From Dermatophilaceae bacterium (GTDB lineage Bacteria > Actinomycetota > Actinomycetes > Actinomycetales > Dermatophilaceae), in assembly GCA_025924375.1 (NCBI GenBank), contig JAICIN010000001.1, positions 5,895 to 69,894 of the forward strand: a stretch of 64,000 nucleotides of DNA, written 5' to 3'. The notes under the pieces are model-generated. The model searched no databases. It was not told the origin of the DNA and saw only the letters and a list, made by a program, of their open reading frames with translations. The position numbers and the translations under genes were made by a program. Below are positions 18,998 through 29,567 of this stretch, one piece after another. The number at the start of each line of letters is the position of its first letter. The first letter of the stretch is position 1.

Positions 18998-20116
18998 ATG
19001 ATCGGCTTCGACGAGGTCACGAAGCGCTACCCCGGCGGCACGGTCGCCGTCGACCGGCTCAGCCTCACCGCGCCCACGGGCCGGATCACCGTCCTCGTCG
19101 GGCCGTCCGGCTGCGGCAAGACGACCACCCTGCGCATGGTCAACCGGATGATCGAGCCGACGTCCGGCAGCATCACCCTCGACGGGCGCGACACCTCCCG
19201 CATGAAGGAGGCCGAGCTGCGCCGTGGCATCGGCTACGTCATCCAGCACGCCGGCCTATTCCCGCACCGCACGGTCCTCGACAACATCGGCACGGTGCCC
19301 CGCCTCCTCGGATGGGACCGCCGCCGCACCGAGGCCCGTTCACGTGAGCTCATGGAGCGCGTCGGGCTCCCCGACACGCTCGGCAGGCGCTACCCGGCGC
19401 AGCTCTCCGGCGGGCAGCAGCAGCGCGTCGGCGTCGCCCGGGCGCTGGCCGCCGACCCGCCGGTCATGCTCATGGACGAGCCGTTCAGCGCCGTCGACCC
19501 CGTGGTGCGCGAGCAGCTCCAGGACGAGTTCCTGCGCCTCCAGGACGAGCTGGGCAAGACGATCATCTTCGTGACGCACGACATCGACGAGGCGATCAAG
19601 CTCGGCGACCAGGTCGCGGTCCTGCGCGTCGGGGGCCACCTCGCCCAGCTGGCCGACCCGGCATACCTCCTCGCCCACCCGGTCGACGACTTCGTCGCCG
19701 ACTTCGTCGGACGCGACCGCGGCTACCGAGCCCTCAGCTTCCAGCCCACCCCCCGCCTGCCGCTCGCCGCCGAGCGCACGCTCACCCTCGGCGAGACGAC
19801 CACCGGCGTGGGCGGCGACTGGGTGCTCGTCGTCGACGAGGAGAACCACCCGGTCGGGTGGGTCGAGCCGCAGCGCGTCCACGGTGAGGTGACCTCGACC
19901 ATGCTCCACCGCGGCGGCACGCTCGCGCGGTCGAGCGGCCCGCTGCGGGCCGCCCTCGACGCCGCCCTCTCGTCCCCCAGCCGGCGCGGCGTCATCGTCG
20001 ACGACTCGGGCGCCCTGGTGGGCACCGTGCGGGCCCACGAGGTGCTCACCGCGATCGAGCGAGCCGAGCGGCCCGAGCTCGCCGACCCGCTGCACCCGGG
20101 GGCGCCGGTCCGATGA
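18998..20116 (+). CDS. Osmoprotectant (glycine betaine/choline-type) ABC transporter ATP-binding protein with C-terminal CBS pair
   Basis: MIGFDEVTKRY; Walker A GPSGCGKTT; signature LSGGQQQRV; Walker B LLMDEPFSAVD; and a CBS-like tail. Confidence 0.9.
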   Translation: MIGFDEVTKRYPGGTVAVDRLSLTAPTGRITVLVGPSGCGKTTTLRMVNRMIEPTSGSITLDGRDTSRMKEAELRRGIGYVIQHAGLFPHRTVLDNIGTVPRLLGWDRRRTEARSRELMERVGLPDTLGRRYPAQLSGGQQQRVGVARALAADPPVMLMDEPFSAVDPVVREQLQDEFLRLQDELGKTIIFVTHDIDEAIKLGDQVAVLRVGGHLAQLADPAYLLAHPVDDFVADFVGRDRGYRALSFQPTPRLPLAAERTLTLGETTTGVGGDWVLVVDEENHPVGWVEPQRVHGEVTSTMLHRGGTLARSSGPLRAALDAALSSPSRRGVIVDDSGALVGTVRAHEVLTAIERAERPELADPLHPGAPVR

Positions 20117-20760
20117 CGTGGTTCGCCGACCACGTCGGTGAGGTCCTCGGGCTCACCGCGCAACACGTCTACCTCGCCGGGCTGCCGCTGCTCATCGGCC
20201 TGCTGATCGCCCTGCCCCTCGGCTGGCTCGCGCGCCGCTACCGCGTCCTCTACGCGCCGTTCACCGTCGGCACCGGCCTGCTCTACACGATCCCCAGCCT
20301 GGCCCTGTTCATCCTCATGCCGTTCATCTTCGGCACGCGGATCCTCGACCCCGTCAACGTCCTCATCGCGATGACGATCTACACCGTGGCGCTCCTCGTC
20401 CGCACGGTGGCCGACGCGCTCGGCGCCGTCCCCGACCACGTCGTGCAGGCCGCGCGCGCCATGGGCTACCGGCGGGTGAAGCGGTTCTTCGCCGTCGAGC
20501 TGCCGCTCGCCGTGCCGGTCATCTCGGCCGGCCTGCGGGTGGCAGCGGTGAGCAACGTCAGCATCGTGAGCGTCGCGGCGATCATCGGGGTGCCGCAGCT
20601 CGGCCTGCTCTTCACCGACGGTTTCCAGCGCACCTTCTACGACCCGATCATCGTCGGGATCGTCGCGTGCACGGTCCTCGCCCTGGTCTTCGACCTCGTG
20701 ATCCTCCTGGCCACGCGGCTGCTCACGCCGTGGCAGCGGGCGGCAGGAGGACGCGCATGA
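20113..20760 (+). CDS. ABC transporter permease (OpuCB-like)
   Basis: 215-aa polytopic protein. Its start overlaps the upstream stop (ATGA). Confidence 0.85.
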   Translation: MTWFADHVGEVLGLTAQHVYLAGLPLLIGLLIALPLGWLARRYRVLYAPFTVGTGLLYTIPSLALFILMPFIFGTRILDPVNVLIAMTIYTVALLVRTVADALGAVPDHVVQAARAMGYRRVKRFFAVELPLAVPVISAGLRVAAVSNVSIVSVAAIIGVPQLGLLFTDGFQRTFYDPIIVGIVACTVLALVFDLVILLATRLLTPWQRAAGGRA

Positions 20761-21500
20761 CCGACCTGGTCCTCGCCTGGCTCACCGACCCAGCCCACTG
20801 GACGGGCCAGGACGGCATCATCCAGCACACCCTCGAGCACCTCGGCTACTCCGCCATCTCGCTGCTCATCGCCGCGGCCGTCGCCATCCCGGCGGGCCTC
20901 GTCATCGGGCACACCGGTCGTGGCCGCTTCCTCGTCGTCAACCTCGCCGGTGCCGCCCGCGCCATGCCCAGCCTGGGCCTGCTGTTCATCATGGTGCTGG
21001 TCCTCGGCCCACGCCTCTCCGGCGACGCGGCCTTCCTGTGGCCCAACCTCATCGTCCTCATCGTGCTCGCCATCCCGCCCCTGCTCTCCGGTGCCTACGC
21101 GGGCGTCGAGGGCGTCGACCCCGCGGCCCGCGACGCGGCGCGCGGCATGGGGATGAGCGGCAGCCAGGTGCTCCTGCGCGTCGAGGTCCCGTGCGCCCTG
21201 CCCCTGCTGTTCTCCGGGCTCCGCTCGGCCACCCTGCAGGTCATCGCCACGGCCACCATCGCCGCGGTCGCCGGCCTCCAGGGGCTCGGCCGGTTCCTCA
21301 TCGACGGGCTCGCGGTCCACGACTTCCCGCAGATGGTCTCCGGTGCCGTGCTCATCGCCGTCCTGGCCCTGCTCGCCGACCTCGTCCTCGCCCTGGTGCA
21401 GCGGTATGCCGTCTCACCCGGTGTGAGCGGACGTCGCCTCCGGGAGCGTGTCCGCCGCCGTGGCCCGGACACTCTCGCGGAGGGACTGCAGGTGCGGTGA
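20757..21500 (+). CDS. ABC transporter permease (OpuCD-like)
   Basis: Internal ATG (MTDLVLAWLTD) overlaps the upstream stop. Polytopic. Confidence 0.85.
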   Translation: MTDLVLAWLTDPAHWTGQDGIIQHTLEHLGYSAISLLIAAAVAIPAGLVIGHTGRGRFLVVNLAGAARAMPSLGLLFIMVLVLGPRLSGDAAFLWPNLIVLIVLAIPPLLSGAYAGVEGVDPAARDAARGMGMSGSQVLLRVEVPCALPLLFSGLRSATLQVIATATIAAVAGLQGLGRFLIDGLAVHDFPQMVSGAVLIAVLALLADLVLALVQRYAVSPGVSGRRLRERVRRRGPDTLAEGLQVR

Positions 21501-21648
21501 CCACCGGACACCCGCCCGCGCGAACCGGGCGGGAATGACGGGTGGCCCTCCTCGGTTGCCCACGGAAGACTGTCCGCGCAGCACGACGAGGAACGCCCAG
21601 GAACGACGCACCGCACGACCTCCGCCACACCGACGAGGGAGCACTCCT

Positions 21649-22590
21649 GTGAAGACGCCCAAGCTGGCCCTGACCATCGGCACGACGATCGCGATCCTCT
21701 CGGTGGCCGCCTGTGGCTCCGGGTCCGGCAACAGCCCGTTCGCGAGCGGTAGCAGCAGCTCGAGCAGCAGCGGGGGCGGCGCCGGGAAGGGCGCGGTCAC
21801 CGTCGGCTCGGCCAACTTCCCCGAGAACCAGCTCCTCGCGGAGATCTATGCCGGCGCCCTGCAGGCCAAGGGGGTGCAGGTCACCAAGAAGCTCAACATC
21901 GGCAGCCGCGAGGTCTACATCCCCGCGCTCGAGGACGGCTCGATCGACCTCATCCCCGAGTACACGGGGGTGCTCGACCAGTACTTCGACAAGAGCGCCA
22001 AGGCCACGGACTCCGAGGGTGTCTACCAGGAGCTGAAGCAGTCGCTGCCCAGCACGCTGACGGTGCTCGACAAGTCCGCCGCCGAGGACAAGGACGCCGT
22101 CGTCGTCACCCAGGCGACGGCCGACAAGCTGCACCTCAGCTCGATCGCCGACCTCCAGGGCAAGGCGAAGAACCTCACGCTCGGCGGGCCGCCCGAGTGG
22201 AAGACCCGGCCCACCGGCGTCCCGGGCCTGAAGAAGGTCTACGGCCTCGAGTTCAAGGCCTTCCGGCCGCTCGACGCCGGTGGCCCGCTGTCCGTGCAGG
22301 CGCTGAAGAACGGCCAGGTCGACGCCGTGAACCTCTTCACCACCGACCCCAGCATCCAGGCCAACCACTTCGTGGTGCTCAAGGACCCCAAGAACCTCTT
22401 CGCCGCGCAGAACGTCGTGCCGCTGATCACCAAGGCCAAGAGCAACGCCACCATCGCCGGGGCGCTGAACGCCGTCTCCGCCAAGCTCGACACGCAGACC
22501 CTCGGCAGCCTGCTCGCGGAGGTGACGATCGACAAGAAGGACCCGCAGGTCGTGGCCAAGGAGTTCCTCGACAAGAACGGTCTCGGCTGA
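21649..22590 (+). CDS. Osmoprotectant ABC transporter substrate-binding lipoprotein (OpuCC/OsmF-like)
   Basis: GTG start after GAGGGA. Lipobox VKTPKLALTIGTTIAILSVAAC. The mature part has FPENQLLAEIYA...IPEYTG. Confidence 0.85.
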   Translation: MKTPKLALTIGTTIAILSVAACGSGSGNSPFASGSSSSSSSGGGAGKGAVTVGSANFPENQLLAEIYAGALQAKGVQVTKKLNIGSREVYIPALEDGSIDLIPEYTGVLDQYFDKSAKATDSEGVYQELKQSLPSTLTVLDKSAAEDKDAVVVTQATADKLHLSSIADLQGKAKNLTLGGPPEWKTRPTGVPGLKKVYGLEFKAFRPLDAGGPLSVQALKNGQVDAVNLFTTDPSIQANHFVVLKDPKNLFAAQNVVPLITKAKSNATIAGALNAVSAKLDTQTLGSLLAEVTIDKKDPQVVAKEFLDKNGLG

Positions 22591-22802
22591 GGAAGCGGCC
22601 CTCGCTGTCGCGAGCATGAAGTGGGCCGGGCGTGGCCTCCCCCGAAGCCACGCCCGGCCGATGGCGGAACCCCGACCGCCAGCTCTGGCCGCACCCGGCG
22701 GTGCCCCTCCTCACCGCCGGCCGGACCGTCCTCCTGGTGCACAAGACTGGCGCGTGATGCTCCCGACCACATCGGTAGAACCACTGATCTTGGGCGCTTC
22801 CT

Positions 22803-25256
22803 GTGGATAGCATGAGGTGGGTGGCGACTCCCTGCGTTGGTCGCGCCGCGACCATCGACCGCGTGCGGCTCCTCCTCGAGGGCGGCCGCTGGGTCACGCT
22901 CACCGGACCGCCCGGCACCGGCAAGACGCTCATCGCCCGCCACGCCACCGCCGACCACGCGGACCTCGTCTGGGTGGACGGCCAGCGCCTCCCCGACCTC
23001 GACCGCGTCCTCGCCGCCTGCCTCGACGCCCTCGGGGCCGAGCTCGCGCCCGGCGACCCGCCCGCGATGGCGCTCAGGCGGGCGGTGGACGACCGCCACG
23101 TGCTCCTCGTCCTCGACGGGGTCGACGGCATCGCCGGGCTCGGAACGCTCCTGGAGGACCTCGTCGACGCGACCGCCGGCGCCAAGGTCCTCTGCACCGC
23201 GGTGACGGTCGCCGGTTGCCCCCACGAGCAGGTCGTCCGCGTCGGGCCTCTGGCGGTCCCGCTCGACGGTGCCCCGGTCGAGGGACCGGCGGTCGAGCTC
23301 TTCCTGAGCCGGGTCGCGGCTGCAGGCGGCCACCCGGTGGACCTGCACCGCCACGAGGGCGACGTCCGCCGGCTGCTCAGGGCCAGCGGCGGGCTGCCGC
23401 TGCTCATCGAGCAGCTCGCCGTGCAGATCGCCCTGGTGGGTGTCTCCGACGTGACGCCGACCGGCTCGATCGGCGCCGCGATCGACGCCTCCTACCGCCT
23501 CCTCGACGCCGACCAGCAGCGGTGCTTCCGCCGGCTCGCCGTGGTCGGGGAGCCGGTCAGCCTCGACGTCGTGGCCGACGTCACCGGCGTCAACCGGGCG
23601 GAGGCCGCCCAGCTCGCGTCGGCACTCGCCCGTCACAGCCTCGTCGAGCTCCGTTCCGACGGCCGGTTCGACATGCTCGACCCCATCCGGCACCACGGGG
23701 TTGCGCTCGCCGAGCAGGCAGGTGACCGTGACGAGGCCATGGCGGGGCTGCTGCGGTGGGCCGAGCGCGTCACGCCCTCCGACAGCCTGAGCGGTGCCGC
23801 CGACGAAGGCTGGCTCACCGAGCTCGGGGTCATGCGGCGCGCCATCGGGGCCGCCTGCGACGACCCGAGGACGCGGCCCCTCGGCTACCGGCTGGCCAAC
23901 AACATCTTCTCCTCGCTCTACACCGCCATGCGCGCCCGCGACGCCGTGGAGATCCTCGAGGGCGTCCTGGCGAGCGGCGACGGGCCCGCCGACATCGGCG
24001 CCCAGGTCGCCCGCCGCGCCGGCATCGCCGCCTCGGAGGTGCGCGGAACCTACGAAGGACTGCCCCTGCTCGAGCGGGCCGAGCAGCACGCCCGGACCGC
24101 CCCCGACCCCTCCGGCCAGCTGGCCCGCAACGCCTCCATCAGGGCCGAGATGCACCTCGACGCGGGCGCCCTCGACGAGGCGCAGGCGGAGGCCGAGCGA
24201 GGCCTGGCCCTGGCGACCGACGACTCCTACGTCACCCGCCAGCTGCGGCGGACCCTCGTCGACATCCACGTGTGCCGCGGGGAGTTCGAGCGCGCCGAGA
24301 GCCTGGGTGAGCTCGTCATGGCCGACGCGCCCCGGGACGAGCAGTGGATGGCCCTGTCGGCGCGGGTGCTGATGGGCCGCATCGCCGCGGAGCAGGGCCG
24401 CTACGTCGAGGCCGCGGCCATCGCCCGCGCGGCCCGCGACCACGCCGTCGACCTCGCGGAGGACCGCGTCGCCCTCCTCGCCGACACGCTGCTGCGCGCC
24501 GTGACGGACGACGGCGCGGGCAGCGAGCTCGACTACGAGTGGCTGCCCTGGGGCGTGCGCCTCGACGTGCAGTTCCAGGACGCCCGCGACCTGCTCGCCG
24601 GGGGTGAGGTCAGCCGCGCCGCCGGGCTCGCCGCCGACACCATCGTGCTCGCGGACTCGATCAAGCTCGGCCGTGTCGGTGTGGAGGCCCGCGTCCTCCT
24701 CGGCGACGCGCTGCTGGAGTCCGACGAGGCGGCCCAGGCCGCTGCGTCCTACCTCGCCGCGCTGCGACAGGCCACCGACTACGGCTTCCCCCTGCGTGCC
24801 GCCGACGCCCTCGACGGCCTCGACCACGTGCTCTCCTCCCAGGGCCACGTCGGCGCGGGCCGGTGCACGTCGCTCGCGAGGCAGCTGCGGCTGCCGAGCG
24901 CTGCGGTCGCGCGCCCGAGGAGCTCGCGGGGCGGTGGGCGCGGTGTCCCGACGCGAACTGCGCCGGCCGAGTGGCTCGCCGGCTGCCGGCTCACCGGCGC
25001 GGCACTCGAGACGGTCAGCGCCTACGTCCAGGCCGACCCGGCGGCCGACGACGCGACCGCCTCGCCGCTCGCCGTGCTCACGCGCGCGGAGCGCACCGTC
25101 GGCTCACTGGTCGCCCAGGGCCTCACGAACCGGCAGATCGCCGAGCAGCTCTTCGTCTCCCCGAGGACGGTGGACGCGCACCTCGCGCACATCTTCCGCA
25201 AGTGCGACATCACGTCCCGGGCGCGCCTGGCGGCCCTCATGGCCGACCACGCCTGA
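22803..25256 (+). CDS. Large ATP-binding LuxR-family (LAL/MalT-like) transcriptional regulator
   Basis: N-terminal P-loop GPPGTGKT, TPR-like middle region, C-terminal LuxR HTH LTNRQIAEQLFVSPRTVDAHLAHIFRKC. An ATG at 22812 is an alternative start. Confidence 0.85.
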   Translation: MDSMRWVATPCVGRAATIDRVRLLLEGGRWVTLTGPPGTGKTLIARHATADHADLVWVDGQRLPDLDRVLAACLDALGAELAPGDPPAMALRRAVDDRHVLLVLDGVDGIAGLGTLLEDLVDATAGAKVLCTAVTVAGCPHEQVVRVGPLAVPLDGAPVEGPAVELFLSRVAAAGGHPVDLHRHEGDVRRLLRASGGLPLLIEQLAVQIALVGVSDVTPTGSIGAAIDASYRLLDADQQRCFRRLAVVGEPVSLDVVADVTGVNRAEAAQLASALARHSLVELRSDGRFDMLDPIRHHGVALAEQAGDRDEAMAGLLRWAERVTPSDSLSGAADEGWLTELGVMRRAIGAACDDPRTRPLGYRLANNIFSSLYTAMRARDAVEILEGVLASGDGPADIGAQVARRAGIAASEVRGTYEGLPLLERAEQHARTAPDPSGQLARNASIRAEMHLDAGALDEAQAEAERGLALATDDSYVTRQLRRTLVDIHVCRGEFERAESLGELVMADAPRDEQWMALSARVLMGRIAAEQGRYVEAAAIARAARDHAVDLAEDRVALLADTLLRAVTDDGAGSELDYEWLPWGVRLDVQFQDARDLLAGGEVSRAAGLAADTIVLADSIKLGRVGVEARVLLGDALLESDEAAQAAASYLAALRQATDYGFPLRAADALDGLDHVLSSQGHVGAGRCTSLARQLRLPSAAVARPRSSRGGGRGVPTRTAPAEWLAGCRLTGAALETVSAYVQADPAADDATASPLAVLTRAERTVGSLVAQGLTNRQIAEQLFVSPRTVDAHLAHIFRKCDITSRARLAALMADHA

Positions 25257-25359
25257 GGACAGGACCGCACGGCACACGAGGCGTGCACCCGGCCTCGGCG
25301 GCCGGCGACCGCCGGGTGCCCCGGCGCAGTGGCACATCCTCGTATGCCGGGTGGCCGGG

Positions 25360-27657
25360 TCAGCCGGCAGGTGCGGGCTCCGGGGCGCGCTCGGCCAGCG
25401 CGTCGTCGCCACCCTCGCCGCGGCGGACGGCGGCAAGGAGCATCTGGGCGATGTCGACGACCTCGACCTGTTCGGCGCGGCCTTCGGACTGGGCGGTGGT
25501 GAGGCCGTCGGAGAGCATGACCTTGCAGAAGGGGCAGCCGATGGCGATCCGCTCGGCACCGGTGGCGAGGGCCTCCTCGGTGCGGTTGGCGTTGATGCGG
25601 GTGCCGAGCTTCTCCTCCATCCACATGCGGGCGCCGCCGGCGCCGCAGCAGAAGGAGCGCTCGGCGCTGCGGTCCATCTCCTTGTAGTCCACCCCGGGCA
25701 GGGCGCCGATCAGCTCCCGCGGCGGGGCGTAGACGCCGTTGTGGCGGCCGAGGTAGCACGGGTCGTGGTAGGTGACGCTGGTGGCGGTGCTCGCGACGCC
25801 GGCGCTGCTGGCCTCCTCGGGCCGGGCGACGGGGACCAGCTTCTGGTCGCGCACGAGCCGGTTGAGCAGCTGGGTGTGGTGCAGCACCTCGTAGCTGCCG
25901 CCGAGCTGGGGGTACTCGTTCTTGATGGTGTTGAAGCAGTGCGCGCAGGTCACCACGATCCTCGTCGCGCCGGCCTCGTTGAGGGTCTCGACGTTCTGGG
26001 CGGCCAGCATCTGGAAGAGGAACTCGTTGCCGGCCCGGCGGGCCGGGTCACCGGTGCAGGACTCCCCGTCGCCGAGGACGGCGAAGGTGACCCCGGCGGT
26101 GTCGAGCAGCTCGGCCACGGCGCGGGTGGTCTTCTTGGCGCGGTCCTCGTAGGCGCCGGCGCAGCCGACCCAGAAGAGGTAGTCCACGTCCTGCGCGGAC
26201 TCCACGTCCTGGCCGAGGACCTTCACCGGGAAGGGCAGGTCCTTGGCCCAGTCGAGCCGGGCCCGGGCACCCATTCCCCAGGGGTTCCCCTTGTTCTCGA
26301 GGTTCTTGAACAGCCCCCCGAGCTCGGAGGGGAACGCCGACTCGATGAGCACCTGGTAGCGGCGCATGTCGACGATCTCGTCGACGTGCTCGATGTCGAC
26401 CGGGCACTGCTCCACGCAGGCCCCGCAGGTCGTGCACGACCACAGCACGTCGGCGTCGATGACCGCCTCCGGTCCGTGCGGGGTGTACGCCTGCAGCGGT
26501 GACCCCGCGGCATACCCGGTCTGCCCGACGAGCGGCACCTCGGCGAGATCCACCGCCGCGCTGCCGGCCACCGCCTCCCGCTCCGCCTCGCCGGCCAGCA
26601 GCCAGGGCGCCTTGGCGTGGGCGTTGTCCCGCAGCGCCATCACCACCAGCTTCGGCGAGAGCGGCTTGTCGGTGTTCCACGCCGGGCACTGGGACTGGCA
26701 GCGCCCGCACTCGGTGCACGTGGTGAAGTCCAGCAGCCCCTTCCACGTGAAGTCCTCGACCTTGCCCACGCCAAGTGCCGCGTCCTCGGGCAGCTCCTCG
26801 ATGTTCTCGAAGTCGACCGGCTCACCGGCGACGCGCATCGGCTGCAGCGCCCCCAGCGAGGTCCGGCCGTCGGCGTGCCGCTTGAACCAGATGTTGAAGA
26901 ACGCCAGGAACCGGTGCCACGCCACCCCCATCGTCGGGGTCAGCGCGATGGTGATCATCCACGTGAACGAGATCAGGATCTTCACCGCGGCCACGACCAC
27001 GATGGCGTTCTCCAGCCCGGCCGTGCCCAGCCCACCGAACAGCCCGGACATCCACCCGGTCAGCGGGAAGTGCAGCGCGTTCGCGTGGCCGCCGCCCAGG
27101 GCACGGTCCAGGTCGAACTCCAGCACCCGCAGCAGCAGGATGCAGGTCGTCACCCCCAGGATGACCAGCTCGACGAAGTACGCCTGCCAGAACGTCGAGC
27201 CGAAGAACCGGGACCGGCGCCCCCGCTCACCCGGGGCGCTGCGCGGGTGCTGCCTCTGCCGGATGCCCATCAGCACGAGGATGCCGGCGAGCCCGGCCCA
27301 CGCGAACAGCTCGGTGACCCACTCGAACGGCGGGAAGTGGCCCAGCACCGGCAGCACGAACTCCGGCCTCGCCAGCTGCCCGAAGGCGTTGACCAGCGTG
27401 AAGAAGAGGATCCCGAAGGAGATCATCGTGAACCAGTGCGCCACCGCCACCACCGGCAGCCGCGACATGCGGGTGTGGCCCAGGAACTCCCGCACCAGCG
27501 TCACCGTCCGCAGGCCCGGCTCGCCCGTGCGGGACCGGTCCGGCTGACCGGCACCGAAGAGCGCGACGAACCCCCGCACCGTCTTGACGAACAAGGCGAC
27601 GGCGACGAGCGTCACCACCACGCACACCACGAGCGCGACGACCTGGAGCGCAGACAT
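25360..27657 (-). CDS. Membrane-anchored (Fe-S)-binding reductase (4Fe-4S dicluster plus CCG domains; Rv0338c-like)
   Basis: N-terminal TM helices. CTECGRCQSQCP and CTTCGACVEQCP ferredoxin motifs. Two CCG-type blocks (CCGAGG...). Confidence 0.85.
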   Translation of the reverse strand: MSALQVVALVVCVVVTLVAVALFVKTVRGFVALFGAGQPDRSRTGEPGLRTVTLVREFLGHTRMSRLPVVAVAHWFTMISFGILFFTLVNAFGQLARPEFVLPVLGHFPPFEWVTELFAWAGLAGILVLMGIRQRQHPRSAPGERGRRSRFFGSTFWQAYFVELVILGVTTCILLLRVLEFDLDRALGGGHANALHFPLTGWMSGLFGGLGTAGLENAIVVVAAVKILISFTWMITIALTPTMGVAWHRFLAFFNIWFKRHADGRTSLGALQPMRVAGEPVDFENIEELPEDAALGVGKVEDFTWKGLLDFTTCTECGRCQSQCPAWNTDKPLSPKLVVMALRDNAHAKAPWLLAGEAEREAVAGSAAVDLAEVPLVGQTGYAAGSPLQAYTPHGPEAVIDADVLWSCTTCGACVEQCPVDIEHVDEIVDMRRYQVLIESAFPSELGGLFKNLENKGNPWGMGARARLDWAKDLPFPVKVLGQDVESAQDVDYLFWVGCAGAYEDRAKKTTRAVAELLDTAGVTFAVLGDGESCTGDPARRAGNEFLFQMLAAQNVETLNEAGATRIVVTCAHCFNTIKNEYPQLGGSYEVLHHTQLLNRLVRDQKLVPVARPEEASSAGVASTATSVTYHDPCYLGRHNGVYAPPRELIGALPGVDYKEMDRSAERSFCCGAGGARMWMEEKLGTRINANRTEEALATGAERIAIGCPFCKVMLSDGLTTAQSEGRAEQVEVVDIAQMLLAAVRRGEGGDDALAERAPEPAPAG

Positions 27658-27923
27658 GCGCGGCAGTCTACGCAGCGGGTAAGCAAGCGCTCACCGGACT
27701 GTGAGCAGCGTCAACCCGCCTGCCCGGAGCCACGCGTGTGGCGCCGCGGAGGCCGTAGCTCTTCGTGCACGGGCCCGCAGGGGAGGCGTGGCGCGGGACC
27801 GCGTTGCACCACGGCATAACGATCTGTTGGAATGCGCATAACGTCAGGTTCGTTGAACCGTGACGACACCCTGGTGCCGCGGCGGCCACACGTCCGGCGC
27901 ACCGACTCGGCGAAAGAGCGCGC

Positions 27924-28853
27924 ATGCCCATCTACGACGACGTGACCCAGCTCATCGGCAACACCCCGCTGGTGCGGATCAACCGGATCATCCGGTCGGA
28001 CGCGACCGTGGCGGCGAAGCTCGAGTTCTACAACCCCGCCTCGTCCGTGAAGGACCGCATCGGCGTGTCGATCATCGACGCCGCGGAGCGCTCGGGGGAG
28101 CTGGAGCCGGGAGGCACGGTCGTCGAGGCGACCTCCGGCAACACCGGGATCGCCCTCGCCATGGTGGGCGCCGCCCGCGGCTACCACGTCGTGCTCGCCA
28201 TGCCCGAGACCATGAGCCAGGAGCGCAAGGCCCTCCTCAAGGCCTATGGCGCCGAGCTCGTCCTCACGCCCGGCTCCGAGGGGATGAAGGGCGCCGTCAC
28301 GAAGGCCGAGGAGATCGCCAAGGAGCGCGGCGGGATCCTGGCTCGCCAGTTCGCCAACGAGGCCAACCCCGAGATCCACCGGCGCACGACCGCCGAGGAG
28401 ATCTGGAAGGACACGGACGGCCAGGTCGACATCGTCGTCTCCGGGATCGGCACGGGTGGCACCATCACCGGCGTGGGCCAGGTCCTCAAGGAGCGCAAGC
28501 CCGGCGTGCAGATGATCGCGGTGGAGCCCGCCGAGTCGCCGATCCTCAACGGCGGCCAGCCCGGGCCCCACAAGATCCAGGGCCTGGGTGCCAACTTCGT
28601 GCCGGAGATCCTCGACACGAGCATCTACGACGAGGTCATCGACATCGATGCCGACGCCGCCGTCGACTTCGCGCGCCGCGCCGCCACCGAGGAGGGTCTC
28701 CTCGTCGGCATCTCCTCGGGAGCAGCCCTCGCGGCCGCGCAGCAGGTCGCGACGCGTCCGGAGAACGCCGGCAAGACGATCGTCGTCATCATCCCCTCGT
28801 TCGGGGAGCGCTACCTGTCGACGATCCTCTTCTCCGACCTGCTGGAGTCCTGA
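27924..28853 (+). CDS. cysK: Cysteine synthase A (O-acetylserine sulfhydrylase)
   Basis: [12 protein letters not shown]...[11 protein letters not shown]...[10 protein letters not shown]. Confidence 0.95.
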   Translation: MPIYDDVTQLIGNTPLVRINRIIRSDATVAAKLEFYNPASSVKDRIGVSIIDAAERSGELEPGGTVVEATSGNTGIALAMVGAARGYHVVLAMPETMSQERKALLKAYGAELVLTPGSEGMKGAVTKAEEIAKERGGILARQFANEANPEIHRRTTAEEIWKDTDGQVDIVVSGIGTGGTITGVGQVLKERKPGVQMIAVEPAESPILNGGQPGPHKIQGLGANFVPEILDTSIYDEVIDIDADAAVDFARRAATEEGLLVGISSGAALAAAQQVATRPENAGKTIVVIIPSFGERYLSTILFSDLLES

Positions 28854-28858
28854 GCCCC

Positions 28859-29455
28859 GTGACGATCCGCGCGTTGCTCGCCTGGGCGCGCGAGGACCTC
28901 GACGCCGCGATCGCCCGCGACCCCGCGACGACCTCGCGCCTCGAGATGGCCCTCGCCTCGCCCGGCCTCCACGCCGTCTGGGCCCACCGCCTGGCCCACT
29001 GGCTCTGGAGGCAACGGTCGGGCCGGCTCGCGGCGCGCCTCGTGTCCCAGCTGGCCCGCACCCTCACGGGGGTCGAGATCCACCCCGGCGCCGTGATCGG
29101 CCGCCGGTTCTTCATCGACCACGGCATGGGTGTGGTCATCGGCGAGACCGCCGAGATCGGCGACGACGTCATGCTCTACCACGGCGTCACTCTCGGAGGT
29201 CGCTCGATGAAGCGGGTGAAGCGGCACCCCACGGTCGGCAACAACGTCGTCATCGGTGCCGGCGCGCGCATCCTCGGGCCCGTCTTCATCGGGGACGACG
29301 TACAGATCGGGGCGAACTCCGTTGTCGTCAAGGACATTCCCGCGGGAGCGGTGGCGACGGGCATTCCGGCGACCTTCCGCTTCCCGCAGCGCGGCCAGGA
29401 GCCGCGGGAGGACCCCTACGAGCTGATGTTCAAGGACCCGGCGCTCTGGATCTGA
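28859..29455 (+). CDS. cysE: Serine O-acetyltransferase
   Basis: GTG start in the tail of track ORF 27860-29455. The sequence has DPATTS...HRLAHWLW...[34 protein letters not shown] (hexapeptide repeats). Confidence 0.9.
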   Translation: MTIRALLAWAREDLDAAIARDPATTSRLEMALASPGLHAVWAHRLAHWLWRQRSGRLAARLVSQLARTLTGVEIHPGAVIGRRFFIDHGMGVVIGETAEIGDDVMLYHGVTLGGRSMKRVKRHPTVGNNVVIGAGARILGPVFIGDDVQIGANSVVVKDIPAGAVATGIPATFRFPQRGQEPREDPYELMFKDPALWI

Positions 29456-29507
29456 GCGGCCGGCGTGGCCGGCTCTCTCGGCGCTCCCGGCGTGGCGGGC
29501 CGGCGGG

Positions 29508-29567
29508 TCAGTGCGGCCCGGCATACGGCTGGTCCATGGAACCGGCGAGGAACGACAGCTTCGCCAC
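29508..29567 (-). pseudogene. Internally deleted copy of the YtxH-like gene at 49396-49782; only the RBS, first ~8 codons and last ~10 codons remain as a 19-codon ORF
   Basis: The minus strand reads GAAGGTGG-n6-GTG GCG AAG CTG TCG TTC CTC GCC GGT TCC ATG GAC CAG CCG TAT GCC GGG CCG CAC TGA, giving VAKLSFLAGSMDQPYAGPH*. The intact gene has GGAGGTGG-n4-GTG GGA AAG ATC TCG TTC CTG GGC GGT ... GSIDQPYAGPH*. Confidence 0.55.

Noticed and set aside
22803-25256. The LAL/LuxR ATPase as a possible STAND-type defence or signalling module.
   Set aside because: Its architecture (P-loop, TPR-like region, LuxR HTH) is that of ordinary MalT/LAL transcription factors. There is no effector domain (nuclease, TIR, protease) and no partner genes that suggest a defence system.
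25284-25319. Inverted repeat GCACCCGGC...GCCGGGTGC between the LuxR gene and the Fe-S reductase gene, as a terminator.
   Set aside because: The stem is short, the internal loop is long and GC-rich, and there is no T-tract. I could not distinguish it from the chance palindromes that are abundant in this GC-rich DNA, so I did not list it as a feature.
27860-28858. The front part of track ORF 27860-29455, which reads through cysK in another frame.
   Set aside because: Its composition is Arg/Gly/Pro-rich and it is antisense-like to the cysK frame. Only the part from GTG 28859 shows serine acetyltransferase motifs.
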